The notes: generated by a model from the sequence alone, not told the origin. 64,000 nt of DNA from Eledone cirrhosa (GCA_964016885.1 CAXHJY010001399.1:74590-138589), one strand, 5' to 3'; counted from the stretch's first letter, positions 1 to 14,347 are shown. Made by a program: numbers and translations.

Positions 1-642
1 CTAAGGATCAAATTGGTGTACCAGTTCTTGGTCAGACGTTCAACAGCAGCTACCAGTGATTGTGGGACTTTGGCTAACTGTAAAGCCTTAACAATCCACC
101 CATGAGGTACACTATCAATTGCTTTTTGATAGTCCAGCCACACCACAGTCATGTTTCATTTTTTCATTTTTATATGTATCGACCTTCATCCTGACACTGC
201 TTTGACTGAGACACTTCTTTCCCTGTATATATCACTCGCATGTATGTGGTTGCGCGTGTGTGTGTGTTTATACGCGTCCTTTCATCCTTGTATGTGTATA
301 TATTTCAATCCTTAGTCCCTGAGTCTGTATGTACACTAACTCTATTATCTTACAATTTCTTTTTCAACATATATTATATACGTATTTGTGGTCACACATA
401 TACTGATATGCTTGCCCTCACATATGTACTTACGCACACATTTTTTCACTATACACATGCATTTGTACATACACACATATGTACATTTGTGAGTGAATAT
501 ACACACATTTATACACATACCCTAACTATATTTCCTTATTTTATTTTTATATATCTCTTGCATTACTTTTATTTATATATTTTTTTTGCCCGTTAAACTT
601 TTACCTTTCTTGAGGAGATTTTTCAAATATTTCACTGTTTTA

Positions 643-720
643 AATTGCCTTGTCTGACGAACGAATGCGGACGTTTCTTGTATTCGTCTTATTCGGGAAA
701 CCTCTGGTAATGAGGTAATT
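643..720 (+). ncRNA. Hammerhead ribozyme-like motif (type I)
   Basis: AATTGCCT..CTGACGA-ACGAATGC/GTATTCGT..-GAAAC-CTCTG-GTA..AGGTAATT, at the 3' end of a putative PLE-like segment abutting (TA)n. Confidence 0.55.
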
Positions 721-733
721 ATATTGTATTGTT

Positions 734-848
<115 letters not shown>

Positions 849-990
849 GAGTTTATGTTGGTTGTATACCAACACCTCAGTATGCAGGCTGGAGCACTCG
901 ACGTAGTGCGCAGGTTGGTTTGGTTACTCCGGAGTAGTGTAAAATAAAGTTAAATAAAAGTCAAATGATTAAAATTTAGCTTCGTTTATT

Positions 991-1045
991 ACTGCTATAT
1001 ATATTTCAGTGACAGCCATCTTTGGCTGTGACCTCTTCAGGCAGT
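991..1045 (-). ncRNA. Minimal type I hammerhead (family A)
   Basis: ACTGC-CTGAAGA-GGTCACAGCC/GGCTGTCACT-GAAA-TATATATA-GCAGT. The mirror copy at 1227-1281(+) has a mutated core, CTAAAGA. Confidence 0.8.
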
Positions 1046-1340
1046 TTGAATTAGTATGGTATAGACAAGTACATATTTTGTTTAGGTGTATAATATTGTC
1101 AATACTCTGATATGTCCAGTTCCTTGTTGGGTTGTTATTTCTCTGAGGAACTGGAGTCATATCAGAGTATTGACAATATTATACACCTAAACAACATATG
1201 TACTTGTCTATACCATACTAATTCAAACTGCCTAAAGAGGTCACAGCCAAAGATGGCTGTCACTGAAATATATATAGCAGTAATAAACGAAGGTAAATTT
1301 TAATCATTTGACTTTTATTTAACTTTATTTTATTTTATTT

Positions 1341-1396
<56 letters not shown>

Positions 1397-1708
1397 AGGG
1401 TTGACGGACCCAGCATATTTATCAATGCCAGTACCGGTTGTATCTCAGCGCACTCCATGGACAAAGTAAGATACAATCCCAGAGTATACACAAAGTTATT
1501 TGCTTCAACACAACACACGTAAATATATATATATGTATGTGTGTGTGTGTGTGTGTGTGTGTCTGTGTGGGTGTCTGTGTGTGTCTGTGTGTGTGTCTGT
1601 GTGTGGGTCTGTGTGTATGTGTATTTCTGTCCGAGACGTTAAAACATCCTACACTACCACCAAATATAACTGTGCAGTTGCCTCCTGTGTTTTGTTTGTT
1701 CATTTTCA

Positions 1709-1811
<103 letters not shown>

Positions 1812-2321
1812 TATATAAATATACATAATATACACACATGTATTCATATACACACATATAGACGCGCTGGAAGAGTAAATTAACTGTTAGGTTTATATGT
1901 GACTGCAGGGGGTTTGGGCGTGGGATTGCTGGGGGGTGGTTCTTTATTTGTTTTCTTTGAAAGTACAAAGCGATTGCTAGCCGCCCCTCCACACAGACCC
2001 ACCCCACCACCACCACTACCACACCACCACCACCACCGCGGAATGATTTCATCTGTGAAAAACAAAACTAAAAAAGACAGCTAAATAAACAATAGTAGAT
2101 AAAATAAAATAGAATAGGATGTAAAAGAATGAAAAAAAAAGTGTTTGTTGGTATCACTACCCCCAGCGCCACCATCGGGAGATATTTGAGAAGTTGACAT
2201 GACAGGGGGGGGGGGGGGGGAGGGGTCATGTTATGGTGGAATCATTGGCTTGTTAACACAGGTTAAACAAATCAGAACATTATCTTCAGAGTGAAACATT
2301 CTTCATCAGTTAGATACCCCA

Positions 2322-3677
2322 ACTACTACCACCACCACCACTACTACTACTAACACCACTACTACTACTACTACCACCACTACTACTACCAACACTACTA
2401 CCATTAACACCACCAACATTACTACTACAACTACCACCACTACTACCACCACCACTACTACTACTACCACCACTACTACTACCAACACTACTACCATTAA
2501 CACCACCAACACTACTACTACAACTACCACCACTACTACTACCAACACTACTACTAACACCACCACTACTACTACTACCACCACTACTACTAGCAACACT
2601 ACTACCATTAACACCACCAACACTACTACTACAACTACCACAACTACTACCACCACCACTACTACTAACACCACCACTACTACTACTACCACCACTACTA
2701 CTACAATCACTACTACTACCCCCACTACTACTAACACCACTACTACTACTACTACCACTACTAATACTACCACAACCACTACTACCACCACTACTACTAC
2801 CACTACTACTACCAACACTACTACTACCAACACTACTACCATTAACACCACCAACACTACTACTACAACTACCACCACTACTACCACCACCACCACTACT
2901 ACAACTACCACCACTACTACCACCACCACCACTACTACTAACACCACCATTACTACTAACATCACCAACAGTACTACTACCAGTACCACCACCACTACTA
3001 CTACCAACACTACTACTACCAACACTACTACCACCACCACTACTACTACCATAACACTACTACTACTACCACTACCACCACCACTACTACTACCAACACT
3101 ACTACTACTAACACCACTACTAACACCACCACCACACCACCACCACCAGCACCAGCACCACCACCACACCACCACCACCACCACCTCATCACCACCACCA
3201 CCACACCACCACCACCACCACCACCACCACCACCACCACCACCACCACCACCACCACCACCACACCATCACCACCACCACCACACCACCACCACCACCAT
3301 CACCACCACCACCACACCACCACCACCACCACCACCACCACCACCACCACCACCACCACACCACCACCACACAACCACCACCACCACCACCACCACCACC
3401 ACCACCACCACCATCACCACACCACCACCACCACCATCACCACACAACCACCACCACCACCACCACCACCACCACCACCACCACCACCACCACCACACCA
3501 CCACACCATCACCACACCACCACCACCACACCACACCACCACACCATCACCACACAACCACCACCACCACCACCATCACCACCACCACACCACCACCACC
3601 ACCACACCACCACCACCACCACCACCACACCACCACACAACCACCACCACCATCACCACCACCACCACCACACCACC
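2322..3677. repeat. Degenerate (CTA/CCA)n trinucleotide tract
   Basis: Direct reading. Confidence 0.95.
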
Positions 3678-3852
3678 AAGTATTATACTGTAGTCAGCTC
3701 TCCTCGGGTCTGGCAACTCGATCCCTTCTCGCTTTACTAGGCCGACTTTTTGTTTGTAAAACTTTCTGACAAAGAAACACAGACGCCTTCGTACACACAC
3801 ACACACACACACACAGACACACACACACACACACACACACACATGTTGGGTA

Positions 3853-3922
3853 CCATCTCTGTCTGATGAACGATCCAGACGTATATTAATACTGTCTAGG
3901 GTCCTGAAACCTTTGGTAATGG
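3853..3922 (+). ncRNA. Hammerhead ribozyme-like motif
   Basis: CCAT..CTGATGA-(GAT.CCAGAC/GTCTAGG.GTC)-GAAAC-CTTTG-GTA-ATGG. Confidence 0.6.
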
Positions 3923-3982
3923 ATTAATTATATATTGTGTTCACTTTCTAATTAAATATATATATATATATATATATATATA

Positions 3983-4162
3983 ATTGTTTCTACTATTGGC
4001 ACAAGGCCAGCAATTACCCAGTACATTACTGGTACTTTATTTTATCGACCCCGTAAGGATGAAAGGCAAAGTTAACCTCGGCGGGATTTGAACTCAGAAT
4101 GGCAAGGGCCGTAACTCTATGCATCAAAGCATGGCGTCCGACCTTCTACCGATACTGCCAAA
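3983..4162 (-). mobile_element. tRNA-derived SINE family 1
   Basis: A box TGGCAGTATCGG, B box GAGTTCAAATCC, core ACTTTGCCTTTCATCCTTACGGGGTCGATAAAATAAAGTACCAG, tail GGCCTTGTGCC..TAGAAACAATT. Further partial copies lie at 9219-9305, 10468-10560, 14555-14680, 16112-16228, 18320-18460, 25680-25826 and 43396-43537. Confidence 0.85.
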
Positions 4163-4487
4163 TAATGTTGAGTATGTGTTGGTTGTTTAACGACACCCCA
4201 GTATGCAGGTTGGAGCACTCAACGAAGTGCGCAGGTTGGTTTGTTTACTCCGGAGTAATGTAAAAACAATAAGTGTAAGTCAACAGGTTAAAATTAACTT
4301 CGTTTATTCACATTCACTGCTATATATATTTTAGTAACAGCCATAATTCAACAGCTATCACCTCATCAGGCTTCCAGTTCCGTAGAGGACTAACAACGCA
4401 CCCAGGATCTGAACATATCAATGGATTAAGACGGTAAAATCCATTGCAACATCATGTTTTCCTGTTTTTTTTTCTGTTTAAATTCTT

Positions 4488-4545
4488 ACTGCCTGATGAG
4501 GTCATAGCTGTTGAATAATAGCTATCACTGAAATATATATAGCAG
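4488..4545 (+). ncRNA. Minimal type I hammerhead (family A)
   Basis: CTGC-CTGATGA-GGTCATAGCT/AGCTATCACT-GAAA-TATATATA-GCAG. The mirror copy at 4316-4371(-) has GAAA>AAAA. Confidence 0.8.
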
Positions 4546-4593
4546 CGAATATGAATAAACGAAGCTAATTTTACCCTGTTGACTTACACATCT

Positions 4594-4661
<68 letters not shown>

Positions 4662-4663
<2 letters not shown>

Positions 4664-4850
4664 CGAAGGAAATGTGGTAAGGAACCAGGTGGACCATAAC
4701 GCACCAAAGTACTCAATACTTAGGGTAGTAGAGTGGGTAATAGGAACAAGTAAGACCCCGACGGCTGAGCTCAAGCCGTTTCGACGGCTAATTCTGGACT
4801 GAATTAGCCGTCGAAACGGCTTGAGCTCAGCCGTCGGGGTCTTACTTGTT

Positions 4851-4855
<5 letters not shown>
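4662..4855. mobile_element. Short fold-back element in (TA)n
   Basis: 4741-4794 is inverted to 4801-4854, with a tail at 4662-4740. The same family occurs rearranged at 30067-30233. Confidence 0.7.
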
Positions 4856-4900
<45 letters not shown>

Positions 4901-5412
4901 ATACATTAACAGAGAAAGCTTTAAGCTATACTCTGACTGGCTTCCATCTCACTCAACAAACATTAGGATATACCTTAGTATAATCCCAATTTTACGTTTG
5001 GGGTGCTAACTATATGAATTTTTCAGATAGCCAGTTGTATTATTTTATATGAGACATAATTATATATATATATATGGCCGGATATGGCCAGTTTAAATGC
5101 CTAAGTGTTAAACAACAACATGTTTGAAAGGAAAAATTAAACAAAAACCTGTTCCCTATTTACACACATTCACTGACCTATCTGGTACCACGTCAAAGAT
5201 TAATGGTACTCTCACCTCATCCATTGTTTCTGATCTGACCCAGTTCATAGACAGTCGCATTCTTTACAATAATTATGAAGCCGTGAAATTTAATTACTTT
5301 CTTATTATAATCTTGTTCCGTTATTCTTATTTTCATTAAGATTCCGTGTCTTTTTATAAAACTTTAGCACCAGCTTCACCTGACCTGACACGAATTTAGA
5401 TACATTAAAACG

Positions 5413-5800
5413 ATTTCTAATTTCAGCACAAGGCCAGCAATTATGAGGGAGAAGGGAAAGTCGATTAATTGACCCCAGTCCATTACTGGTACTTTATTTT
5501 ATCGACTCTAAGAGAATGAAATGCAAAGTTGACCTCGGTAAGATTTAAATTCAGAACGTACAGCGTTGTATTTTGTCCGACGCTCTAACGATTCGCCAAT
5601 CCACCCTTTTAGAATATATTAATAATGGCCATCAATTTTGAGGAACGGGAAAGTCGATTAAATCGACCCAGTGCGTTACTGATACTTTATTTTATCGATC
5701 ACGTAAAGATGAAAGGCAAAGCTAACCTCAGGAAGATTTGAACTCAGAATATAAAGATCCATAACGAAACACTACGAAGCACGTTGTCCGGCACTCTGAC
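5413..5800 (-). mobile_element. Two adjacent SINE family 1 copies
   Basis: Two diverged copies of the same core and B box. Confidence 0.75.
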
Positions 5801-5980
5801 TAATGTTAGCTTAAAGTTAACTGCTTCTACGGAGGTTTTTGACTACGAAAAATAGTCGAAGTTGGGCATAGAAGCACTGAGGTAATGCTGTCCAATGTTT
5901 TGTGTCTGCAGTAGCTTATCTGCTCAGCTAGTTCGACTATATTTCATAGTAAAAGAAAACCCGTGTTAAGAAGCTAACAC

Positions 5981-6198
5981 ACGAGGGTCGGACGAGACTG
6001 AAAGGTTCATAGGCTGACTATGAAGGAGTGATGCTAGAGCTGTGAAATCTTGCATACATTAATTTCAACTCTTATTAATAACTACATTGTTTCTTTCCAG
6101 GGACTATGTTGAACGAATAAACCTCATTTGGTCATTCCATGAGAGTATCTTGGTCAGACTGAACTTTTTAGCTTATAAACTTTTCAGCCCACCCTCGT
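5981..6198. mobile_element. Mariner-like MITE
   Basis: Imperfect TIRs ACGAGGGT..CTGAAAGGTTCATAGGCT / AGCTTATAAACTTTTCAGCCCACCCTCGT. A similar terminus TACGAGGGGGTGCTGATAAGT is at 12123. Confidence 0.6.
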
Positions 6199-7257
6199 AC
6201 ATTCAAAATACATTGATAACAGTTTGTTTGTTTGTTGATATTGTACGAACGAAATCTCTTTTCGTAACTCTCCAATTCGTCATTCCGTCCTCTCTTAGCT
6301 GCAGGACTCTGCTGGGTATATTTACTTTGGGGTGGAAACTTCAAGAGAATTTCTTCTTTCTTCTTAAAGTGTACCACCTTCTTAGTTGAAGCTGGTCCAA
6401 AACACATCTCTGCAGTTCTCCGATTAATTGCACTTTGTATCCGATGGTCCAACAGTACAATCTACTTTTAGATGCCATATTCTATTTTTAGTCGAAGTCT
6501 TTATACAACTGTTGTCGGACTTCCGTCGTTTTCGACGACGATCGTTCTAGTTGATTCAGTCAACGGAACTACCTACTCGTGAAATGTTGAAAGATTCATA
6601 TCAGCTATTACAAGTCAGAAACATAACGGTGGAGCGAACAAAAACACGGGAGAGACACAAATACCTGTGTGCACCGCTAAATTATCAGTGTAGACTAGCG
6701 ACTATTAAACTCTGTACATACCTCGGCACCCACATTCCACGACATCTGCATGTCAGTGGCAGAAATTCAACATATGGTGGAGAAATTAAATGTTTTTCAT
6801 TCGTCAGCATCACAAACTTCAGAACAGGAGCAAACTGTGACAACTGCTTTATTCTTTCTAAAGTGACATCCACAAAATTGTTTCAAGTGGAATGGGAAGA
6901 ATTTGTTTTGAACCCCGTATAATGCTGTCTCGGTTTCATAGAAAGCATTAATTACATATTCGCAACAGAATAATGTAAACTAATCTAAAACCTTCGAAAT
7001 ATTTCTCACTGATGTAGACAATTTGTGACTGATGTGCTCCACAACAGTAGTATTTTTATTGAATAATTTACGACACGGGTTTCAGTTTAGCAACATTATG
7101 ATTGTAGATCCTGTACGAGAAAATCAGTTGTTTATTTTTAGAAACCTCAAGTGCCCGAGAGGCTAACCACTTCTGGGAGGTAAGAAGAAAGCACTGCTCT
7201 TTGAACTCGATGGAACAGATGTAACATTTAAAAATGTATCTCTGGGGATGTAAAAAA

Positions 7258-7893
7258 AGGAAGGACCACCAAAAGATCGTAGAAGTTTTAGAGGGACCAC
7301 CAAAAGATTGCAGAGGCTTTAGAAGGACCACCAAAAGATCGTAGAAGTTTTAGAAGGACCACCAAAAGATCGCAGAGGCTTTAGAAGGACCACCAAAAGA
7401 TCGCAGAAGTTTTAGAAGAACCACCAAAAGATCGCAGAGGCTTTAGAAGGACCACCAAAAGATCGCAGAAGTTTTAGAAGGACCACCAAAAGATCGCAGA
7501 GGCTTTAGAAGAACCACCAAAAGATTGCAGAAGTTTTAGAAGGACCACCAAAAGATCGCAGAAGTTTTAGAAGGACCACCAAAAGATCGCAGAGGCTTTA
7601 GGAGGACCACCAAAAGATCGCAGAGGTTTTAGAAGGACCACCAAAAGATCGCAAAGGCTTTAGAAGGACCACCAAAAGATCGCAGAAGTTTTAGAAGGAC
7701 CACCAAAAGATCGCAGAGGCTTTAGAAGGACCACCAAAAGATCGCAGAGGCTTTAGAAGGACCAGCAAAATATCGCAGAAGTTTTAGAAGGACCACCAAA
7801 AGATCGCAGAGGCTTTAGAAGGACCACCAAAAGATCGCAGAAGTTTTAGAAGGACCACCAAAAGCTCGCAGAAATTTTAGAAGGACCACCAAC
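7258..7893. repeat. 31-bp minisatellite, ~20 copies
   Basis: Unit GAAGGACCACCAAAAGATCGCAGAGGCTTTA. Confidence 0.95.
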
Positions 7894-8055
7894 AGAAATC
7901 AATTTGCCGTAGATTTTAGAGGATTTGCACTTAGAATGCAAAGAGATGGAACAAATACTGCAAGGTATACCATCTGACACTAACAATCCTACCAGTCCAC
8001 TAACCTAGATGGGTTCTTTATTTACCAAACACCCTTCCTGTCTATAAATGACTGT

Positions 8056-8500
8056 TACCATTGACTATTACCAGTTTGAACTAGCTAGAGTTGACCATTG
8101 AATATTACCAGTTTGAACTGGCTAGAACTGACCATTAACTATTACTAGTTTGAACTGGCTAGAGTTGACCATTGACTATTACCAGTTTGAACTGGCTAGA
8201 ACTGACCATTAACTATTACTAGTTTGAACTGGCTAGAGTTGACCATTGACTATTACCAGTTTTAACTGGCTAGAACTGACCATTGACTATTACCAGTTTT
8301 AACTGGCTAGAGTTGACCATTGACTATTACCAGTTTCAACTGACTAGAACTGACCATTAACTATTACCAGTTTTAACCGGCTAGAGTTGACCATTGACTA
8401 TTACCAGTTTCAACTGGCTAGAACTGACCATTAACTATTACCAGTTTTAACCGGCTAGAGTTGACCATTGACTATTACCAGTTTGAACTAGCTAGAGTTG
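8056..8500. repeat. 36/37-bp minisatellite, ~12 copies
   Basis: Unit GACCATTGACTATTACCAGTTTGAACTGGCTAGA(ACT/GTT); internal hairpin CCAGTT.GAACTGG. Confidence 0.93.
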
Positions 8501-8814
8501 ATCAGCCTACACTCAATATGATTGTTTTCTACAAGAGATCAGCAACTGATGGGGATAAATGTAATGGCCATTAAGAAGTTGATCTTAGCAGAGATTTGGT
8601 AGAACTGGTAGAACTGGTAGAACTGGTAGAAGTGGTAGAACTGGTAGAACTACGTGATATACGAGTCATGTAAAAATCAAAGAAGAATCAACTCAGAGTG
8701 TTGCTGAATCATTGTACACAACCCGTAGTCTGATGACTGTGAATGTCTGATATAATCTTCATTGTATGTATGATACTCCCGAGGGAGTCGTAGGGACGCC
8801 ATATTGACATGTTT

Positions 8815-9110
8815 CTGACTGACTGGCACTCCGTCGGTTACGACGACGAGTGTTCCAGTTGATCCGATCAACGGAACAGCCTGCTCGTGAAATTATGTTC
8901 AAGTGGCTGAGCATTCCACAGACATGCATACACTTAACGTAGTTCTCAGGGAGATTCAACGTGACACACAATGTGACAAGGCTGGCCCTTCGAATTACAG
9001 GTACGACTCATTTTTTGCCAGCTGAGTGGACTGGAGCAACGTGAAATAAAGTGTCTTGCTCAAGGACACAGTGGACTGGAGCAACGTGAAATAAAGTGTC
9101 TTGCTCAAGG
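8815..9110 (-). mobile_element. tRNA-derived SINE family 2, 3' portion
   Basis: Minus strand CCTTGAGCAAGACACTTTATTTCACGTTGCTCCAGTCCAC core (duplicated) plus a long tail. Confidence 0.7.
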
Positions 9111-9365
9111 TGTTCTTGGTGGAGCCCATCTCCTCTGAATACAGCAGATTTCTGGCAGAGAAAGATAGAGAGAATGAGAGAACGGAAGGGAGAAAGAAAT
9201 ATAGAGGAAGAATCAACCCCAGTACTTGACTGGTACTTTTTTTTACCTTAAAGTTGACCTCTGCGGGATTTGATCTCAGCGAACAGAGAACCAAAACGAA
9301 TACTGCTTTGAGGTTTAACACACCTCCCTATAATTTCTTAGCTTTACTGTCTCCGTCGCTCTTCC

Positions 9366-10355
9366 CTCTCTCTATAATAGATTATTCCCCCTCTCTATAA
9401 TTTAACTGCTTTACTCTCTCTGTCGCTCTTCACTCTCTATATGACAACACTGTTTTACACACATGCCTATAGTTTCTTAGCTTTACTCTCTCCATCGCTC
9501 TTCCTTCTCTCTATAATATATTATTCCCCCTCTCTATAATTTAACTGCTGGGGGAGTCATTGGAGTTCCGTATTGACATACGGCTTTTCTGGGGTATTTT
9601 AAATCGGCTTATTTCAAATAACAACCCGCAAAATAACACTTCATATAACAGATTAATGCTATAGACATATGAATCGGAAATGTTTAAATTATTTATTTTT
9701 TACGACTTTCATTGGTTAAATATTAATATGACAACAGCCATAGTGTTGTACTTCTGGCAATTCTGCCGAATACACTGCCAAGGATGAACCTTTTCCCCTC
9801 GGCGTCAGATATTCCGTTCGATTTCCGGCGATCCCAATCCCCGGTGAGACCATGTTTTGCCAAGTCCATTAACAAGTCACAAGAGCAAACATTGTCGGTG
9901 GCGGGTATCCATTTGGGGGAGCCATGCTTCTCCCATGGCCAACTTTATGTTGCCTGTTCCTGCGTAGGGAGCAGGAATGGACTTTTTGCTTACACTCCTC
10001 AAGGGATGACATGCAATATCGTCTACAAAGAGGTGCTACAGATGTTGGTGCAGGTGTTGGAGCTATGCCGTCTGGAAAACTATTTCCTGGTAGGGTCACC
10101 CATGGCGGACAGATCTGACACCCAGCGGCATTAGGGCCACCATCTTGCAACTTTGGTCTGCTAAATTCGCTATTGGAAGATTATTAACCCATCATTGATT
10201 GTCCAAAATGCTAATTGGTTCGTAACATTTAATAACCGGTTCAACTACTTTATGCTCTTAATTGATAAGCTTATTCGCTTTCAAGCCACGTTTACCTGTA
10301 TGTAACTTTTCATAACAAATGAACAAACCCGAGCAACGCCGGGCTAAACTGCTAG
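9366..10355 (+). mobile_element. Internally deleted Helitron
   Basis: PIF1 fragment, 3' hairpin CCCGAGCAACGCCGGG and CTAG^T end at 10352-10355. 5' boundary uncertain. Confidence 0.7.
9784..10044 (+). pseudogene. Helitron RepHel PIF1-helicase C-terminal fragment
   Basis: PFDFRRSQSPVRPCFAKSINKSQEQTL..GIHLGEPCFSHGQLYVACS..NIVYKEVL is a degenerate version of PIF1 motifs V/VI. Confidence 0.88.
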
Positions 10356-10561
10356 TCTTCATTAAATTTGTTAAAATCCTCTTCTACAATCCATCTATGC
10401 CGACTGCTAGGTCAGCCAAAAATTGAACCACGACCACAATCTATAACGGAGGTGTTGGAGCTTTCTTTGATCGAAAGGATGAAAGGCAAAGTTGACTTGG
10501 GTGGGTTTTGAACTCAGCAGATGTAGAGGAATGAAAGATAAACAAATACCGGAGATTGTCC

Positions 10562-10935
10562 GGTCACTTACCCTTCACACCGGTCACCGTCGAGACCTCA
10601 GGGGTACTCGGACCCCATACTGTCGAGCTCCTCCGCAAGATCGGAACGTCGGCGGCCCGTCTGAGGAAGGAGCCCCCGAGGTGGGGTGGCTGTTGTAGCG
10701 GGTGTCGCTGGCATTATCCACGGGAATGCTTTTGTGGTTTTGTCCGCGGGGCACAGCTCCTTTACCACCGTGCCCTAGGCCCAGAGCCCAATCACCCCCA
10801 CCGCTCCCCCAATCTTCTGTGACACTAGAGTCCCTGAAATTCCCTTCCTTTTCCCTTTTTTACTTTCTTCTTTCTTTATATTTTCCTATTTTCCATGCTT
10901 TCTTCTCAATCTTTTCTTCTTCTTCTATTAAACTA
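10562..10935 (+). mobile_element. CRE-like (restriction-like endonuclease) non-LTR retrotransposon 3' fragment
   Basis: FTPVTVETSGVLGPHTVELLRKIG followed by a frameshifted WLL*RVSLA..GNA segment, matching the RLE C-terminus pattern F.P..VET.G..G / QRISIAIQRGNA. Confidence 0.65.
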
Positions 10936-11033
10936 TATTTACTTCCTATATTCCAGAAAATATTTCTTGCTAAATTCTGAAGAAACTGTTTTAAATAATC
11001 TCGTCTGACCGACATCTTGGTCAGTGGTGATAG

Positions 11034-11119
<86 letters not shown>

Positions 11120-11153
11120 CACACATACACACACACACATACACACACATACA

Positions 11154-11727
11154 CACTCTATTCCACTCTATTCCACTCTATTCCACAGTATTCCACTCTA
11201 TTTCACAGTATTCCACTCTATTGCACTCTATACCACTCTATTCCACAGTATTACACTCTATTCCACTCTATACCACAGTATTCCACTCTATTCCACAGTA
11301 TTCCACTCTATTCCACAGTATTCCACAGTATTCCACTCTATACCACTCTATTCCACAGTATTCCACTCTATACCACTCTATTCCACAGTATTCCACTCTA
11401 TTGCACTCTATACCACAGTATTCCACTCTATACCACAGTATTCCACTCTATACCACTCTATACCACAGTATTCCACTCTATTCCACAGTATTCCACTCTA
11501 TTGCACTCTATACCACAGTATTCCACTCTATACCACAGTATTCCACTCTATACCACTCTATTCCACAGTATTCCACTCTATTGCACTCTATACCACAGTA
11601 TTCCACTCTATACCACAGTATTCCACTCTATACCACTCTATACCACAGTATTCCACTCTATTCCACAGTATTCCACTCTATTGCACTCTATACCACTCTT
11701 TTCCACAGTATTCCACTCTATTCCACT
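11154..11727. repeat. 10-bp minisatellite
   Basis: TTCCACTCTA / TTCCACAGTA variants. Confidence 0.95.
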
Positions 11728-11921
11728 AAATTCCATAGAGACACACTCGTGTCGTAAATATTTGTGACGAGGTCGTAATTGTTCAACGAAAGACGTTGAC
11801 ACTTAATATCTGACATTACACATCTAAACAAAAGTGGATTTTACGCCCCACTCACACACACACATACCGACACACACATACCGACACACACACACAGACA
11901 CACACACACACGCACACACGC

Positions 11922-11997
<76 letters not shown>

Positions 11998-12789
11998 GAG
12001 TTTTAAATGGCTATTATGACTGTAACGATGTAATTATCCTAATGTTAATATTTTCTTTTTTATAAACTTATAAACATATTTTATCCCGTGATCGGAAGCT
12101 TGTGACAACTTATGTCGCCTATACGAGGGGGTGCTGATAAGTAAAAGAAAATACATGAGGATCAGTTAATTATGATTATTTTCAACACATTCGCCTCTCG
12201 GATTTACATACTTATTGCGGCGGTCCTTCAGTTTTTCTAAACCCTGTAAAAAGAACTCGCAATAAGGACTGACCCTTAGTTTCATTTATGGTGGTGACAT
12301 GTCGAATAAGTTTACTTACCAACATAGAATCTCTTTCTCCCCTCACTGTTATACACAGCTTCTTGGAGACATGACCTCAACTCTTTTAACCATTCTTGAC
12401 ATATTCTAATCTTATTAGATTTTCTCAGCAAAGCATAAACTTTGTTGTCTGTGGGAATGCAGCCGAAACTATTTCTCTTTATCTAGGGTACTAATCAGAT
12501 GCTTAACTAGGGTATGACAAGGATAGCACGTGTCATGGGGGGGGGGGGGTTTACATGTAGGGGGTGCCACTTGGACTAGAAGCACGTGCCATGGGGAGCC
12601 ACATGAAGGGGGCACCACTTGGACTAGGAGCAGGTTCTATTAAAGTCAAATAAACCTCGTCTGAGAGTAAAAAAAGAAACTCCTTCAGCTGTATGATCTG
12701 TCTCTATCATGGGTGAGAAACATTATGGTGGCTGGATCATTAAACCATTTATATAAATTATAAACCTCCATAGATTAAAATACAGTGCT

Positions 12790-13550
12790 GGGCAGGGGTG
12801 CAATTTCACAGCTTGCCATAGGGGCTATTTTACCTAGTTATGCCTCTGGACAGGGGCACAATTTCACAGCTTGCCATAGGGGCTATTTTACCTAGTTATG
12901 CCTCTGGACAGGGGCACAATTTCACAGCTTGCCATAGGGGCTATTTTACCTAGTTATGCCTCTGGACAGGGGCACAATTTCACAGCTTGCCATAGGGGCT
13001 ATTTTACCTAGTTATGCCTCTGGACAGGGGCACAATTTCACTGCTTGCCATAGGGGCTATTTTACCTAGTTAAGCCTCTGGACAGGGGCACAATTTCACT
13101 GCTTGCCATAGGGGCTATTTTACCTAGTTATGCCTCTGGACAGGGGCACAATTTCACAGCTTGCCATAGGGGCTATTTTACCTAGTTATGCCTCTGGACA
13201 GGGGCACAATTTCACTGCTTGCCATAGGGGCTATTTTACCTAGTTAAGCCTCTGGACAGGGGCACAATTTCACTGCTTGCCATAGGGGCTATTTTACCTA
13301 GTTATGCCTCTGGACAGGGGCACAATTTCACTGCTTGCCATAGGGGCTATTTTACCTAGTTATGCCTCTGGACAGGGGCACAATTTCACTGCTTGCCATA
13401 GGGGCTATTTTACCTAGTTATCCCTCTGGACGGGGGCACAATTTCACTGCTTGGCAGCCATAGGAGCTATTTTCCCTAGTTATATCCTCTGGGTAGGGGC
13501 ACAATGTCACTGCTTGCCATCGGTCGTATTTTCCCTAGTTATGCCTCTGG
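12790..13550. repeat. 58/59-bp minisatellite, ~13 copies
   Basis: Unit GGACAGGGGCACAATTTCACAGCTTGCCATAGGGGCTATTTTACCTAGTTATGCCTCT. Confidence 0.95.
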
Positions 13551-13770
13551 TACTAATACTTCCAGGAAAGGCATGAATGTCACATATTCTCATTCATAGT
13601 TGTTTGCTGTTTCACACGACTCATTATAAATCACCAACTTACTGTTACGACAAACCTACCCACCTTAATAGGGTGTGTTAGGAAGAAGGCCTGCTATTTG
13701 CGGAGAGGGGGGAAACTCGATTATATGCACCCCAATAGTTTACTGGTACCGCCTTAAAGAACAAGAAATA

Positions 13771-13955
13771 ATTGTTTCTACTTTTGGCACAAGGCCAGCA
13801 AATTATCTCAGTGCATTACTGGTACTTTATTTTATCGACCCCGTAAGAATGAAAGGCAAAGTTAACCTCGGTGGGATTTGAACTCAGACCATAAAGGGCC
13901 GTAACTCTTTGCTGCAATTCATGGCGTCCGACCCTCTACCGATACTGCCAATCCA
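13771..13955 (-). mobile_element. SINE family 1
   Basis: Full A/B box, core and tail. Confidence 0.85.
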
Positions 13956-14347
13956 CAATGATTTCTAATTTAGGTGCATGGCTAATCCATCGTCCCTTTA
14001 TAATAATTTACAATTTAGGCACAAGGCCAACAGTTTTTTTTATGGCGGGGTGAGTCGATTATATATACCCCAATAGTTTACTGGTACCACCTTAAAGAAC
14101 AAGAAATAATAATTTCTAATTTTTTTTTTTTTTTTTCGACGAAATATAACTTTATTTTCAAAAGATAAATAAATATGAGAAAGTAAGATTTAATTAAGTA
14201 ATTAAATGGGGAAGGGTTAAGTAAGGGCAGATCTGGTTGTATGGGAATGTAGAGGAAAGAACTATGAAGGACATACATGAGAGGAACAGGAGGGGAAAAG
14301 CAAGGGCAAGGCCAACAAGAGGGAAGGAGAATATATCGTTATCAGAG

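Noticed and set aside
2306-3842. Poly-V/W ORFs or a mucin-like poly-Thr frame
   Set aside because: Trinucleotide repeat with no splice context or unique coding flanks.
7258-13550. CRISPR-like regular repeats
   Set aside because: Pure tandem minisatellites with no unique spacers and no cas genes, in a eukaryotic context.
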